Positions 23,279 to 36,400 of a DNA stretch of 64,000 nucleotides are shown here, in pieces. This DNA comes from Felis catus. Taxonomy: Eukaryota. The notes beneath the pieces were generated by a model. It saw nothing but the letters and a program-made list of their open reading frames with translations. It had not been told where the DNA came from and did not search any database. Numbering within the stretch: position 1 is the first letter of the stretch; every line of letters begins with the position of its first letter. The DNA is taken from the NCBI RefSeq assembly GCF_018350175.1, contig NC_058375.1, positions 620,001-684,000 on the forward strand, in the 5' to 3' direction. The position numbers and the translations under genes are program-made.

Positions 23279-26200
23279 TCAAGCTGTTAAGCAAAGACAA
23301 TGCGTTCCTGATGGTGAACGTTTGAATGTCCTTAAAAGTTTCAGGCACCGATCTGAAGTAACTCTGAAAATGCAAATATGGAACTTCGGTCTTGTTTTCA
23401 CATGTGCTTGCTAGTCTAACTGCCACGGAAGGACGGGAGCCCCGACAGCCCCCAAGCCTCCTCCCCAAGGTGCTGAAAACCAAAGCCTCTGCACCTGGCC
23501 TTCCCCAGGCACCCACCGCGTGCACGGAGAGCTGGACGACCCCTCCCCGGCCTTTGCCACCAGGTCCCCGAAGCCATCCCGAGGGCTCTGCCCCTTCCCG
23601 CCCGTTCTGTGGTCCCGGCTGCTGTAATGCACACTGCCGCTCTCCCACACCTCACCTGGCTTTTAATATTTTATCCAGCTTTAAAAAAAATTTTTTTAAC
23701 GTTTATTTATTATTGAGAGAGAGAGAGACAGAGCATGAGCAGGGGAGGGGCAGAGAGAGAGGGAGACACAGAATCCAGAGCAGCTCCAGGTTCCGAGCTG
23801 TCAGCACAGAGCCCGACGTGGGGCTCGAACCCACAAACCGCAAGATCATGACCTGAGTCAAAGTCGGACGCTTAACCGACTGAGCCACCCAGGTGTCCCA
23901 ACTTAAAACAATTTTTAGTTTTAAGTAAACTCTATGCCCAACGTGGAGCTCAAACTCACAACCTGAAACCAAGCGTTGCACGCTCCACTGGCTGAGCCCG
24001 CGGGGCGCCCCTGGCGTCTTGTTATTTCCTTAAGCTTTCGATCCCTTCCTGTATCTTTTGTTTTACGGTCTCTCACAGCTCATCACTCGGGACCTTAGCG
24101 AGGTCACCCTGGTGTCTTGTGTGTGCCAGCAGACTCTGGCGTTGGGGCTGGACTGCACTTTACGGTCACCTCCCGTCAGATCCTGATACGCGGGGACCCC
24201 ACACACCCTGGGCCGAGGGGGTTACTTCCAGAGTTGAGGGCTTGGGGTCTGCTGCTGCTACGTGCCCCAGGGGTGTCACTACTGGCCCAGGACCCATTTT
24301 ATCCTTTCTATCTTTTTTTACTGTTTATTTTTGAGAGGGGGGGAGGGGCAGCGAGAGGGGGAGACAGGATGTGAAACAGGTGCTGTGCTGACAGCAATGA
24401 GTCCGACATGGGACTCGAACTCATGAACTGTGAGATCATGACCTGAGCCGAAGTCAGGTGCCTAACCCCTGAGCCACCCAGGCGCCCCTTTACGCTACTT
24501 TCTAGATGAACCCTGCGGCACACGAAACCCACACCTGCCAGTCTCAGACCTGTGGGCATGGCTCCTGAGGTGAGCCTCCGGCCTCTCTCCAGCGATCACA
24601 GGCTGAGTCACACCCGGCTTCTCCCGTGGCGGGCTGGCCAGTTCTCCAAGTCCCTGCTTTAAGCAGAGTCCCAGTGACAACTGCCTGCCCCGTCTCAGGA
24701 GGGCCAGGGTCCCATCTCCTTCCCCGATGACATCAAACCCGGGACCCCAGGTGGCCTCCGATGGGCTGGCCACTCGGATTTCCTGTTCCCTCAGTTTCTG
24801 ACGCCTGGGGTTTCCTCTGTTTGGGGGAACTCAGTCACACGTCTAAAAGGATGTCCGTCATATTTCATCCCTAACATCCAGGCACGTGGAGAAGGGGGGG
24901 GCCGGGCACTGAGGCGGCCACACCGCCAGCGGGAGCCGCACCCCCCTCTCCAGCCCCGGCCCCTTCCAGCAGGACATCCCTCGGGGTTCAGGCTGCCCAC
25001 TGCCCCATCTGCCCCACCGGCCCCTGCGCCTCTGCGGGCAAGTGCCCAAAGGCTCCTCGCACTTCAGATTCTGACTTCCCCACAGCCCAAAGCTGGTTCC
25101 TGTCCTGCCCCCAGGCAGAGGCAGCACCAGAGACGCGGCCATCCTCCCCCTGTCCTGCCTCAGCCCCTGGTGTCCCTCCCCCTGTCCACCAGCCCGGAGC
25201 CACGAGCCCCAGCGAGCGCCCTCGTCTTGCCCAATCTGCCCGCACGCACCCCAACCCCCGCTGCACCAGGACAGCCTCCCCAGAGTGCAGCGCAGGTCAT
25301 GACGAGGGGTGCCGGCCCTTCCGTGGGCCCCCACCGCCCCCACCCGAGGACGAGCTCAAGGGCTCCGGACGCTGACTGCAACACTCGTGTTCTGCTTGCT
25401 CTTCCCCAGCCCGGTCCCACTGTTTTGTTCAGGGTGACGACGTGTCCGTGGGTTCCGTGCAGCTAGACTGGCCGGGCCAGAGGGGACGTGGGGAGTCCGT
25501 GCTCTACCCCCCCCCCCCCCCGCCTCCCCCCCACCCGCCTGGAACCAGGGTCTGGCTGCAGGTGCAGGTGAAATGCAGGGACAAGCCCACTGCTGTGGCA
25601 CAGGGTCTCTGAGAGCAGAGGGAGCACCCCAACCCCAAAGGCCTCCAAGCCCCAGACCCTGGCTCCTTACAGAGCGAGTGAGGAACCCTTCTGCCCGGGG
25701 CCTGGCTGCCCGTCCTGTCTCCCTGCCCCTCGCCGCCTCTGTGATCTGGGGACAGCGTTTGGCACAGGGGCCCTGAAGCCGCTGCCGAGATTCCAAGGTC
25801 CACCCAGTTTGCAGGGCAAGGGGCTACCGATCCAGAGGCACCCACGGGACCCACAGTCCCAGCGAAGAACAGGCTGGCGGGGAGCGGACCCCTCACAGCA
25901 TCCATCCCCCCCACCCCCCGCCCGGGCTTCCCTCTGAGGATCTCCCAACATCCTAGGAGGAGCTGTGGTGCCACCCTCACTCTCCTCCTTAATAAAGTCC
26001 AGTCTCGCTCCCACTGAGAAGCCGGGGCCATCCCTGCCCCCAGTAGTCATCGTCAGAGACCTAAGAAACCAGAAACAACCATTTGAATGACACACATATT
26101 CTCTTTGTATATAGACCTTTAACAAGAAAGTAGATTTTAAATGAAGGAGGACACGGCTCCAATCCTCATGCCTGAATCACGCCTGGACACAACCCTCCGC

Positions 26201-28308
26201 TAATAAACATTCACACTGTGCCCCCGTGAACATTCTGTGCGCGTCTTTCCGTGTGTTTCTGTTTGACCTGCGCCCGGGAGTGACACCTTGGTCATGGGTG
26301 CCTATGGCGTCCAAAGACACAGCACCAACCTGCACCTGGCCACTTCACTCGCCCTTGCTGCTCCTGTGTCCTGCCGCTCCGCTCCCGTAGGGTCACAAGG
26401 GGAAGCACCCTTCCGGCAGGCCAGGGGAGGCCCTCAATGCTGGCTGCACACGCACACGCCCAGAGCTCAAACAAGCTGGCCACAGGGGGCCCAGCTCTGC
26501 GCACACCAGTGAGCACAGGGATTCATGGGTGCGGCCCAAGCACCAGAATGGTTTCTAGCTCCTTGGCTGATTCTCAACCGCGGCCAAACAGAGAGCCACT
26601 GCGCTCCCACCCAGGCACCCACAGTTGTCACTGACTGTCCCAGGCTAAAAACACCCACAGCACAGATGCAAACAGGTTCCAGACCTAACCGGTGTGGATG
26701 TGTCCTTTCTAGAGTCTTTGTGAGTGACAGGAAGCAACGAAAGAAGGGACAACCCACGAGGCCGTGGCTGGGGTTGGCTGCAGGAGCAGAGGTGGTGGTC
26801 CTGGGGGGAAGGGGGGTGCTGTGAGCCCTTCAGGCACCTCAAACACATCGCCTGAGGGCGGGGTTAATGCCACAGTTCTGTTACTAGCAGAACAAAAGCA
26901 AAACACAACCTAAATGTCTCCTGAAGCAGAAACAAGTGAGAGCACACAGCGGGCCCCCTCCCCCCCCCCCAGGCGCACAGCAGGGGGGCGCGGGCCTCCG
27001 CCACCACAGCCAATGGGGAAACCTTCCAGCTGCCGGAGCCCCCAAACGACAAAACCAAGCGGTGGAAGGCAATCTACGACACGCTTACCCACAAGGCTGT
27101 CCCCCCCAAGACCATCCACATTCTTCCATATTCTTACAAAGAGTGTAAGAGTGGCGAGCAGGGAACTCAGGCCCCGTCCCGCAGACCAGCGGCCAACACA
27201 CCAGTGATCCCATCCCCCCTGTCCAGAACAAGGCACAGGCAGCCAGGGGCAGAGGCCCAGGCCACCACAAAACACTCACCTTCCAGTGCATGGTCTTTTT
27301 AGGACCATCAACATCTCCAAAGACAGTCCACCCAGTCCAGTGACAAACCAACGTGACAACTGGGCACAGGGACGGGCAGACCCCTGGCCTCACGTCCGGC
27401 CGGGGGGATAGAGGGGCAGGGGCCCTCCAAGTGTGCAAGGCTCCCACACCAAGTCCAAATATGAACACCAGGTCTGGGGCCGTCCAGGGCAGAACAGACG
27501 CTGGCTCTGCCTCTGTCCTTCACATCAACACTCGCTAATCACACAGGGATTCCCGGCCTTGCTTGCTTCCGTTTGGTGGAGCGGAGACCCGCAGGGGTGG
27601 GGGACAGAAGAAGGCAAGGGTGTCAAGGGGCTTGGTCAGGAGAGTGAAGAACTCAACTCCTCCGGGGGCCTGGGGTGGGGGCTTAAATAGGCGGGGAAAG
27701 CAGGGGCCGAGGACCACAGAGCGGCCAGACAAACCACCAGAGGAATCTTCTCTGGAGAACTCAACAGGCAAAGGAGAGACCTCAAGTAAGGAATTGAGGC
27801 CCCAGGGAGAGGTCTGAACAGAGACTGCAGCTGAGCCGCCTGCTGGGACATGAGCAAGACAGGAAATGTGAGGAAGGGGCTGGAAGGAGGGCAGAGCGGG
27901 GAGGAAGGTCAGTCCCAGAAGGGGGGGCATCAGAGAGAAGTGCCCAGCCACAAGGAGATACAAGCAGGAAAGGGCCCTTGGAAATCCAGAACAGGGCAGC
28001 AGGAGCAAAATCTCACCAGAAGCTCCTAGGAAGCTCCAGTTCAGGGCAGGACCCCCCCCAAAAGGAGCCGGGGGGCTGCTCCCAGCCACACCCACAGATC
28101 TGCTCCCAAGAAAAGCTTCCTCAATTCAGGCCCGAAGACCTTGGCAGGTTGAGATCAATGGATGCAGATCAAAGATCAAAGATCACCGCTGAGAGGGGGT
28201 GGCCAGTGGGGGAGGGGCGGCAGCCTGGCCACTGCAGGGAGGGACAGGCGGAGCCCAGGGCCCCAGGTCCTAAAGCTCTCAGAAGGACAGGAGGGCCAGG
28301 CAGACGCC

Positions 28309-28334
28309 GGGGGGGGGGGGGGGGGGGGGGGGGG
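28309..28334 (+). repeat. G26 homopolymer
   Basis: Read directly from the sequence. Confidence 0.85.
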
Positions 28335-28559
28335 CGTAGACGGAATGTCCAGAGAGGAGTCACCCGCCTGCGGAGCTGCGGAGCTGAAGCAAGGGCGCGC
28401 TTGCGTCCACACTGCTCCCAGGCAGGCGCAGACTAGTCACAGGCAGGAGGCCTGACTTCACCCTGAGACACTGGCACCGGAAGCGAGCTGCCGAAGCTGA
28501 AGTCACTAGAGATGAGAGTCCACGTTTGCCCCGATCCATTAAGAAGAATGTGGTATTGC

Positions 28560-31467
28560 CGTGGTGTTGGTGCCCACAGACACACAACCGCAATGTAGTC
28601 ACGAGCACACGTCAGACACACCCAAAAGTACGCACATCACAAAGGTCAAGACCACCGGCAAAGACCACGGGGTGGGGGGGAACGTGGTCACTGAATGCAA
28701 GGTGGGATTGTCCCCAGACAGGACCACCCACCAGAAAAGGGACACCCATGGCATATTGGCTGAAGTTGAATACAGTCTGCAGATTAGACAGTGGTCTTGT
28801 CCCCAAGTTAAGATCTGGGACGATACTTCTGGACTACTTACTAAATCGAACTAAGCTCAGGTAAGACGTCAGCAGGAGGGGCTGGGAGATGGGTACACAG
28901 GTAAAGTTTTTTCTTCTGCAAGGCTACAAGTTTCTGAAAATAAAAAGTTTAAAATTTTGAAATAAAAAACTCGAGTGATGGGTTAAACAGAAATGATTAG
29001 AGCTGAATAAAAAGTTATTTGAAAAAATACCTGAGGAAATTATCTGGAATGCAGCACAGAGACATGAAATTAAAATATTAAAGAGACGTTAACCCAAGCA
29101 TGGAAAAAATAAGAAGAAAGAAATTTCCTGCAGAGAAAAAAAGAGATGAAGAAGGGGTGCCTACTAGCTCAGTTGGGGGAGCCTGCAACTTTTGTTTTTT
29201 TTTTTAATTTTTCATGTTTATTTATTTTTTATAAGAATGAGAGAGACAGAGCATGAGCGGGGGAGGGGCAGAGAGAGAGGGAGACACAGAGTCCGAAGCA
29301 GCTCCAGGCTTCGAGCCATCAGCACAGAGCCCGATGTGGGGCTCGAACTCACGGACTGCAAGATCACGACCTGAGCCGAAGTCGGACGCTTCACTGACTG
29401 AGCCACCCAGGTGCCCCTAATGGGGAGCGTGCAACTCTTGATCTTGGGGTTGTGAGTTCAAGCTCCACGTTGGGTGTAGATATTACTTAAAAATAAAATC
29501 TTAAAAAAAAATAGATATAAAGAAGACAAAACTTTGAGAAGTAACAGAAAATCTGAGTTCTGGAGTCAGAATATACCTTAAAAAGAATAAATAAGAAACC
29601 CACACGGAGACACACAGTGATGAGCCACAGAACGCCACAGAGGAAAGGTTCTGACGCACCCAGGCTGAGTTCAGATCACGCACAAGACAACAATATTAAA
29701 ATTACACCGAGCAACTAGAAACGCGGGAGGGTAAGCCCAAGACAAAGGAGACTGGTGGTGGGCCAGGAGGGGGCATGGAGAGGGGACGACAGAGGACAAG
29801 TTCTCAAATGCACCTGTTCAGATAGTTGTGACTTCTGGAACTATATGAACGCTTAAATGCTTAAAAACCAAAAATAGTCAGGGGTGCCTGGGGGGGGCTC
29901 AGTCGGTTGAGCGTCCGACTTGGGCTCAGGTCATGATCTCACAGTTCATGAGTTCGAGCCCCGCGTCGGGCTCTGTGCGACAGCTCGGTGCCTGGAGCCT
30001 GCATCGGATTCTGTGTCTACTTCTCTCTCCACCCCTCCCCGGCTCAGGCGCGCTCTCTCTCTCAAAAAATGAATAAACTTTAAAAAAAAAAAAAAAGTGG
30101 GGCGCCTGGGTGGCTCAGGCGGTTAAGCGTCCGACTTCAGCTCAGGTCATGATCTCGCGGTCCGTGGGTTCGAGCCCCGCGTCGGGCTCTGTGCTGACAG
30201 CTCAGAGCCTGGAGCCTATTTCAGATTCTGTGTCTCCCTCTTTCTCTGACCCTCCCCTGTTCATGGTCTCTCTCTCTCGGTCTCAAAAATAAATAGATGT
30301 TAAAAAAAAATTAAAAAAAATAAAATAAAATAAGAAAAAGTCAAATTGATGGGGTTTTGCGGTGATAGGGGTTCAGAGCTGACGGCCAAGAAAGAATTCT
30401 TGAGACATCTTTGGTGCAAAAAGGTGATTTTATTGAAGCTCAGGGTCAGGACCCGTGGGCAGAAAGCACTGCACTGGGGTTGTACGGAGTGACTGGCTAT
30501 ATACTGTGGCGTTGGGGGAGGGAAAGATGAGAGGAAGTTTCTTTTTTTTTTTTTTTTTTTTCAACTTTTATTTATTTTTGGGACAGAGAGAGAGAGAGCA
30601 TGAACGGGGGAGGGGCAGAGAGAGAGGGAGACACAGAATCGGAAGCAGGCTCCAGGCTCTGAGCCATCAGCCCAGAGCCTGACGCGGGGCTCGAACTCAC
30701 AGACCGCGAGATCGTGACCTGGCTGAAGTCGGAAGCTTAACCGACTGCGCCACCCAGGCGCCCCAGAGAGGAAGTTTCTAAAGGGATTTTCACGTACTAA
30801 AGAAGACTCCCGGGATACCAGACGCCTTGCTATTGTCAAGCTAGGGTTGTTTCCTCTCTAGTGAAACATTAACATTAGGACAGTAGGGGTTTCTGGAGAA
30901 ATGTCCTGCTCTGTATTTGCCACAAGTATCTGTCAATGGGCTGCGGGTCATAAGGACATTTAAGGAAATTTAACGTCACCTGCCACTTCCTTCTCGCCTC
31001 TGTTCCCCCATCACCATGGAGGGGAGAGTGATGCTGGGGCTCCAGGGAACTGAGCCTACATGTTTCTGGAGGTTAGGCTATTGGCAAGATTGCCTTTTTC
31101 TTGTAATTTACTAAGATATTTGTAAACTGATGGAGACTCCAGTCCTGCAGGACTGAGATCTCTATCAGCTACCATTGGTTTTCTGTCCTCTCCTTTGTCC
31201 TTGGGTGGTCGGCAGTGCCTGAGGAATGTCACACGTATCCCACCTGGTGCCGGAGGGGGGGGGCATACTAGCTTGCGATTTGCCCTCAGCTTGCCTCATG
31301 CTCCCTCATCACAATCAATACAATTTCTAAAGTGTGATACGGGGGCGCCTCGGTGGCCAAATCAGTTAAGCATCCTACTCTGGACTTTGGCTCAGGTCAC
31401 AATCTCAGGGCTTGTGGGTTTGAGCCCCGCATCGGGCTCTGGGCTGACAGTGTGGAACCTGCTTGGG

Positions 31468-31511
<44 letters not shown>

Positions 31512-33260
31512 CCTCCCCCACTCACACACACACAGGCACACATACTCTCTCGCTTTCAAAATAAATACTTACGAAAAATAAAGTGAGATACAAACAAAAA
31601 TATATGAGCCAAACCACAAATCAAATAAATAACACAGTCACACTGAAGAGAGGAGATAAAGAACCCACCCAAGTACCTTCTGAACATGGTATTTAAAATA
31701 CACGTGCTCAGATTCAAGACCAAAAGAATCCTAAGCAAACACTGAACTCTAAAAGGTAGGCTTTTTTCTTGAGTCATGGGTCAGGAATTCTGGGTTGGGC
31801 AATAAGGCAGTATATTGCAGCTAACGGGAGCGAGACCTCCGGTGTCTTCAGACCCGGCACAGACACAGGGAGCAGGAAGGGTGAACCGGACAGTGGCGTT
31901 GAGAGGAGCGGAGGAATCAGGCAGCGGCACTCAAGGGTCCGGACAGATAGAGGCCCAGTCACCGTGCGTGTCCACAACAGACACATCTCTGCCTCTGTTG
32001 CGCAATCTGGCCGCTGAGGGCCCCGAGGCAGTGACAGCCCAGTGGCAGCAAGCACCCTGGCCCAGCGTTTGTTTCTAAATCTCATTCTCCACTGAAATGA
32101 ACCAGCCTCCTCGGAGAAATGGCCGATTCCAGGGCTGGGGCATTAGTTGGGCCAGAAAAGGAAGCGCTCAAACAATGATGGGGACGCGTCCAAAGGACAC
32201 AGAAGGAAGCACAAGAGAACGCCCTCTGGAGAAATCCAGGGGCAGCGTGAGAGAGAAAGTAAATAATGGTAGCATAGGATTAGAGCCCGCTGAATAGAAT
32301 CAGCACCCAAACATCCACAGTGATAAACAGGGATGAGGAGAAAGCCCCTCCCCACAGGACACAGTCAACAGGCCCATGGAAGAGGGAGGGGAGAATGAGA
32401 AAATCAAAATCACCCTTTGGCAACCTTCACCATGATCCCACAACAACTGCACCCTACAGATCTCCCTTCAGCTAGAGGAAGTCCTGCTCACGGGTTCCAC
32501 GAGACACACGTGGGAATGTCCACGGCAGAAACCCAACTGCCTCTCCACAAGAGAATGAATACAGAAGCCACGGAATTGTCACACAGCGAAACATCAGACA
32601 ACAGTAAAAATGAGTAACGCACGGTAAATACACAAAGGACAATGACACGAAGCTCTTCTCAACATGGATCAAGTGACATCAATGTCTGTCATCAGTAAAC
32701 AGCCTGCAGTTCGAATCTTGAACAGAACACGCGCTCCAGGAGGCAGTGAAAACCCTCGGAAGCTGTGCTGGGCATCACACACGGAAGCCGGAAGTTAGCT
32801 GGCCCCGGGCTCAGAAGGTCCCACTCACCCAAGTCCTGGTGGGGTCACAGATGCCTTCCTGGACTCCAGTTCGTGTTTCCACGGCCTGTTCTTCTTTCTT
32901 AAACCACGCGACTCAAGGAGCTTTCAGAGAGAAGCAGTTCTTGTCCTGCAAAAACTAAAGGTCAGCAACCCTGATGTGACAACAAGGAATTGACTTTAAG
33001 AGCCAATAGTGGATTTCGAGTCGCCCTGGAAGCAGGGTGGGGCAGGCTGGACCAGGTGGCTGTGGAGCACTGGCTGTCCCCAGGTCACCGGTGAGAAAGG
33101 TCTCAATGCTCTCTCTCTGATTAGGGTACAAACAAGAACGAAACCATAACCTTTTCCGCCCAGCATGGAGTAGGTGGCTAATGAACTGCCTTTAGACCAG
33201 CTCTTAACTTCTCCCTTGCCCAGAGTTGTCCTCAGAATGTTCACACGGTGTGACTAAAGG
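28560..33260 (+). mobile_element. Degraded L1 (L1MC/ME-like) fragments interleaved with SINEs and an LTR
   Basis: A-rich, L1-like text such as GAGAAATGGCCGATTCCAGGGCTGGGGCA; subfamily uncertain. Confidence 0.5.
30347..31311 (-). mobile_element. Carnivore ERV solo LTR (TGATG...CATCA) containing a young SINE (30543-30764, TSD GAGAGGAAGTTTCT)
   Basis: TG..CA termini with short inverted repeats, minus-strand AATAAA at about 30430, near-TSD AAAT/CAAT. Confidence 0.75.
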
Positions 33261-34879
33261 AAACTAGGTCAGGGTGCCTGGGTGGCTCAGTTGGTCGAGC
33301 GTCCGACTTCGGCTCAGGTCATGATCTCACACGGTTTGTGGGTTTGAGGCCTGCGTCGGGCTCTGTGCTGACGGCTGGGAGCCTGGAGCTGCTTCGGACT
33401 CTGTGTCTCCTTCTCTCTCTGCCCCTCCCCAACTTGTGCTCTCTCTCAAAAAAGTAAAAAAAAAAATAATAATAAAATAAAAGGAAACTAGGTCTACTGA
33501 AATGTGGGGACACCCCACAAGAAACAAATCCGTGGTAGCTTTACTTTGTATGAGTCTGGCACTAGGTAACACGTCCTAAACAGGGGGCTGGACTCTGCTC
33601 GACTTTGCAGTGAGGGGCCCAGGATCAGCTGGGAAGGTGCCTACGCTCCAAAATGGAGACCAAGCCACGGGTGCTGTTTAGTGTCACCTGCTAATGCCAC
33701 CGTGGTACGTTCACCACTGAAGAAAAGTTCGGCTGGAGGCTAATAAAAATAAAGACGTCAATATTTCCCCGTACAATGTTGCAGACTCCTAAATTCTAAA
33801 GCCTGAGGTGAAGAATTCGTTTTGGAACAAAGAGCTCAAGATGTTCTCAAACACTTGGTAAGGTAATCTAGATTGGTTCAAATTGTCAACAGGGCATTTT
33901 AGATAAAACGTACTGAAAGGCTGCCAGTTTTTACACAGTATAATTCAAAAATTCCATCTCTGGGAATCTATCCTGAAGAAACAATTGAACAAAGGTCTTG
34001 TTGGCCCTCTGTACATAGAGGATAGACGTGCTTTTAAAATAACTTTGTTTTTAAGACCGAGACACAGGACGCTATCCAAGTATCCAAGAAGGAATATATC
34101 GGGGCGCCTGGGGGGGCTCAGTCGGTTGAGCGTCCAACTTCGGCTCAGGTCACGATCTCAAGGTCTGTGACTTCGAGCCCCGCGTTGGGCTCAGTGCTGA
34201 CGGCTCAGAGCCTGGAGCCTGCTTTGGATTCTGTGTCTCCCTCGCTCCCTGCCCCTCCCTCGTTCGTGCTCAGTCTCTCTGTCAAAATGCCAGGTTACCA
34301 ACTGCGGTCAACTCAGGCGGAGTTCCACATTCATCAATATTTTGGGGTTTGTTTGGTTTCTCTTCATTTTCTAATTTATGCTCAAAGTGGATTTCTTTAA
34401 CCTAAAAACCTTTCTATTTCCCTTTTCATACTATTTAATGCGGTTTCATTCTGCTTTAAAATGTTACTTGCAAGTTCAAATACTTTTGGTAAAATAGTCT
34501 ACTCCATTAAAAAAAAAAAAAAAAAAGACTTTTAAAAAGCCACCAAACAAAGAATCCATCTCTAGACAGGTTTTTTGTGTTGTTTTTTTTTTTCTTCTCC
34601 CCCTTTCACAGCCGTGAGCACCGGGTCAAAGGCCCAAGCAGGAGTACTGCACGGCAGCCACCTGGACAGGGCCCAGCGAAACCAGGGAAAGATGTCAACC
34701 GATGACTGGAGTGAAGGAAACCCTGAGCCTGAATTTCCCACCCCATCTGACAAACTAACAGTCCGATAAAACCAGCACTTGGCAGGAGGCCAGCCTTTAT
34801 CCTTGACAGTTTTCTAAAATCCTAGGCAGAAGAAACATCAAGGGCAATAAAATACGTGGGCGACCGTGCCTTTAGGCCC

Positions 34880-36400
34880 GGGACAGATGAGGCGTCTTTT
34901 ACCTGGGTTCGCTCCGGGGCCGTGTCCGCCTCGGGGGCATAAAACTCGAGAAGCCCGGGAACCGTGACACGCCCCCCCCCCCATCGGCCCCCGCAGCGAG
35001 GACGCGCGGCCGCGGGTGCGTCCCGCGCCTTCGGGTGTGCGGGGCGGGATTTAGGAGTGGGAGGGCGACTCCGGGAGCCGCAGGCTCGTGGGAAAGGGCG
35101 GGCCCGGCGAGGTGGAGAACAAGGGCCGGTGCTACCGGCCCAAAGGCGAGGGGTCTCTCGGAGCGGGGACGTGAGCTGCACGGCGAGCGCGAAGGCCCCG
35201 GGGTGGGCCGGGGCCTCTCGGAGGAGAGGAACTGGGAACAGGCCAGCGGGGCGGGCTCGGGTCCCGACAGCAACAGGCGACCATCGGAGGCAACCTTTAC
35301 CGTTTTTTTTATTCAGCGTTTTCCGCGTAAACTGGCCACCCACCCCTAGACAAAGCCCCGAGGCATCGAGGACGCCCCCCGCCCCCGACGTGAGCCCGGA
35401 AGCTAGAGGGCCGGGGGAGCCTTCCAGGCGCGAGCGCGCCCGAGCCTCTGCTCTCCGGAGGGAAAACGGCCCCTATTCCGGGTCGCATAACGGGACGCCG
35501 TGCTGCGGGACCAGGGGGGCCCCTTCCCCCACGCCGCGGTCTCTCCACCCACCGGTCGCAGCGGGGCCGCGGGAAGACAGCCAGCGCGGGGTCTCCGTGC
35601 ACAGCCGGGGGTGGGAGAGCGCCGAGCATCGGCGACCGCGCGGGCCGCTCGCAGCCGTGGACAGGGCGCCCACCCCACTAGGTGGGCCACCCGACTTCGG
35701 GGAGCGCCGAGGGGGCGAGGTCTCCGGGCAGGGCGGGTGGGGGGCGCGGCGCCTTCTCGACACCGGGCGACCCCGCCTCACTTCGGGGCCTTAAGGGCGC
35801 GCGGCGTTTAAAGGGGGCCGCGGACCGCGCGTCGGAGAGGGCGGCCTCCGGGGAAACGACCGGGGCCGTCTGCTGCTGGCCGGGGCGCGCCCGGCACGGG
35901 GCCTGGTGGCCGCGGAGGGTGGGCTCCCACGCCCCGAGGGCTCGGCGTGAGGCTGGGGTGTAGGAGAGGCCGCATCGCGGAAGGAAGGCCCGAGCAGAGC
36001 CTTCCGTCCTGTGTGGAGCGGAGCCCGGGCGGGCAGCGCCTCACCGTGGGGCGGCCATCGTCCCTCCTCCCCGCTCTACGCGGCCGCCGGGCCGGGGGCG
36101 GGCCGCGCCTCAGACGGAGGTGCCCGCAACCGGCCGGAAGCGACGCGCCGGAAGCGACGCTCCCAGAGCCGACAGCGGCTCCCGTGGCGGCGCGACCCGC
36201 GCTCCTCGAGGTCCCGGGCCCCAGGGCTTCCCGGCCGCCGAGTCGGAACTGGAAACGCAGTCGCGCTGCTTGGCGACGGCGACCTTCGACCATTGTTTTA
36301 GTCCGGACCCTACCATCGCGGCCCAGGCGGGAGGGGGTGTGACTGGCGACGGCATCCCCCGCCCACTGTCCTAGTCCGGACCGTACCACCCCCCCCCCCC
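34880..36400 (-). promoter_or_regulatory. CpG island / SLC35E2 promoter and non-coding exon 1 (donor ACG|GTGAGG at 36044); tandem ETS/GABP sites CCGGAAGCGACGC x2 (36134-36160)
   Basis: High CpG density, and the only CpG island between the SLC35E2 CDS and the NADK 3' end. Confidence 0.8.

Noticed and set aside
24100-26210. Possible plus-strand nested gene ending at AATAAA 25991 or 26202
   Set aside because: Candidate exons give no coherent reading frame or recognisable domain.
30110-30292. Recurrent ORFs of the type [16 protein letters not shown]... throughout the window, and tRNA-like A/B boxes
   Set aside because: These are translations of Can-SINEs. The SINE heads are tRNA-derived, not tRNA genes.
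34822-36389. Multiple overlapping ORFs of 100-276 aa in the SLC35E2 CpG island
   Set aside because: Open in many frames on both strands because of GC content; no homology recognised.
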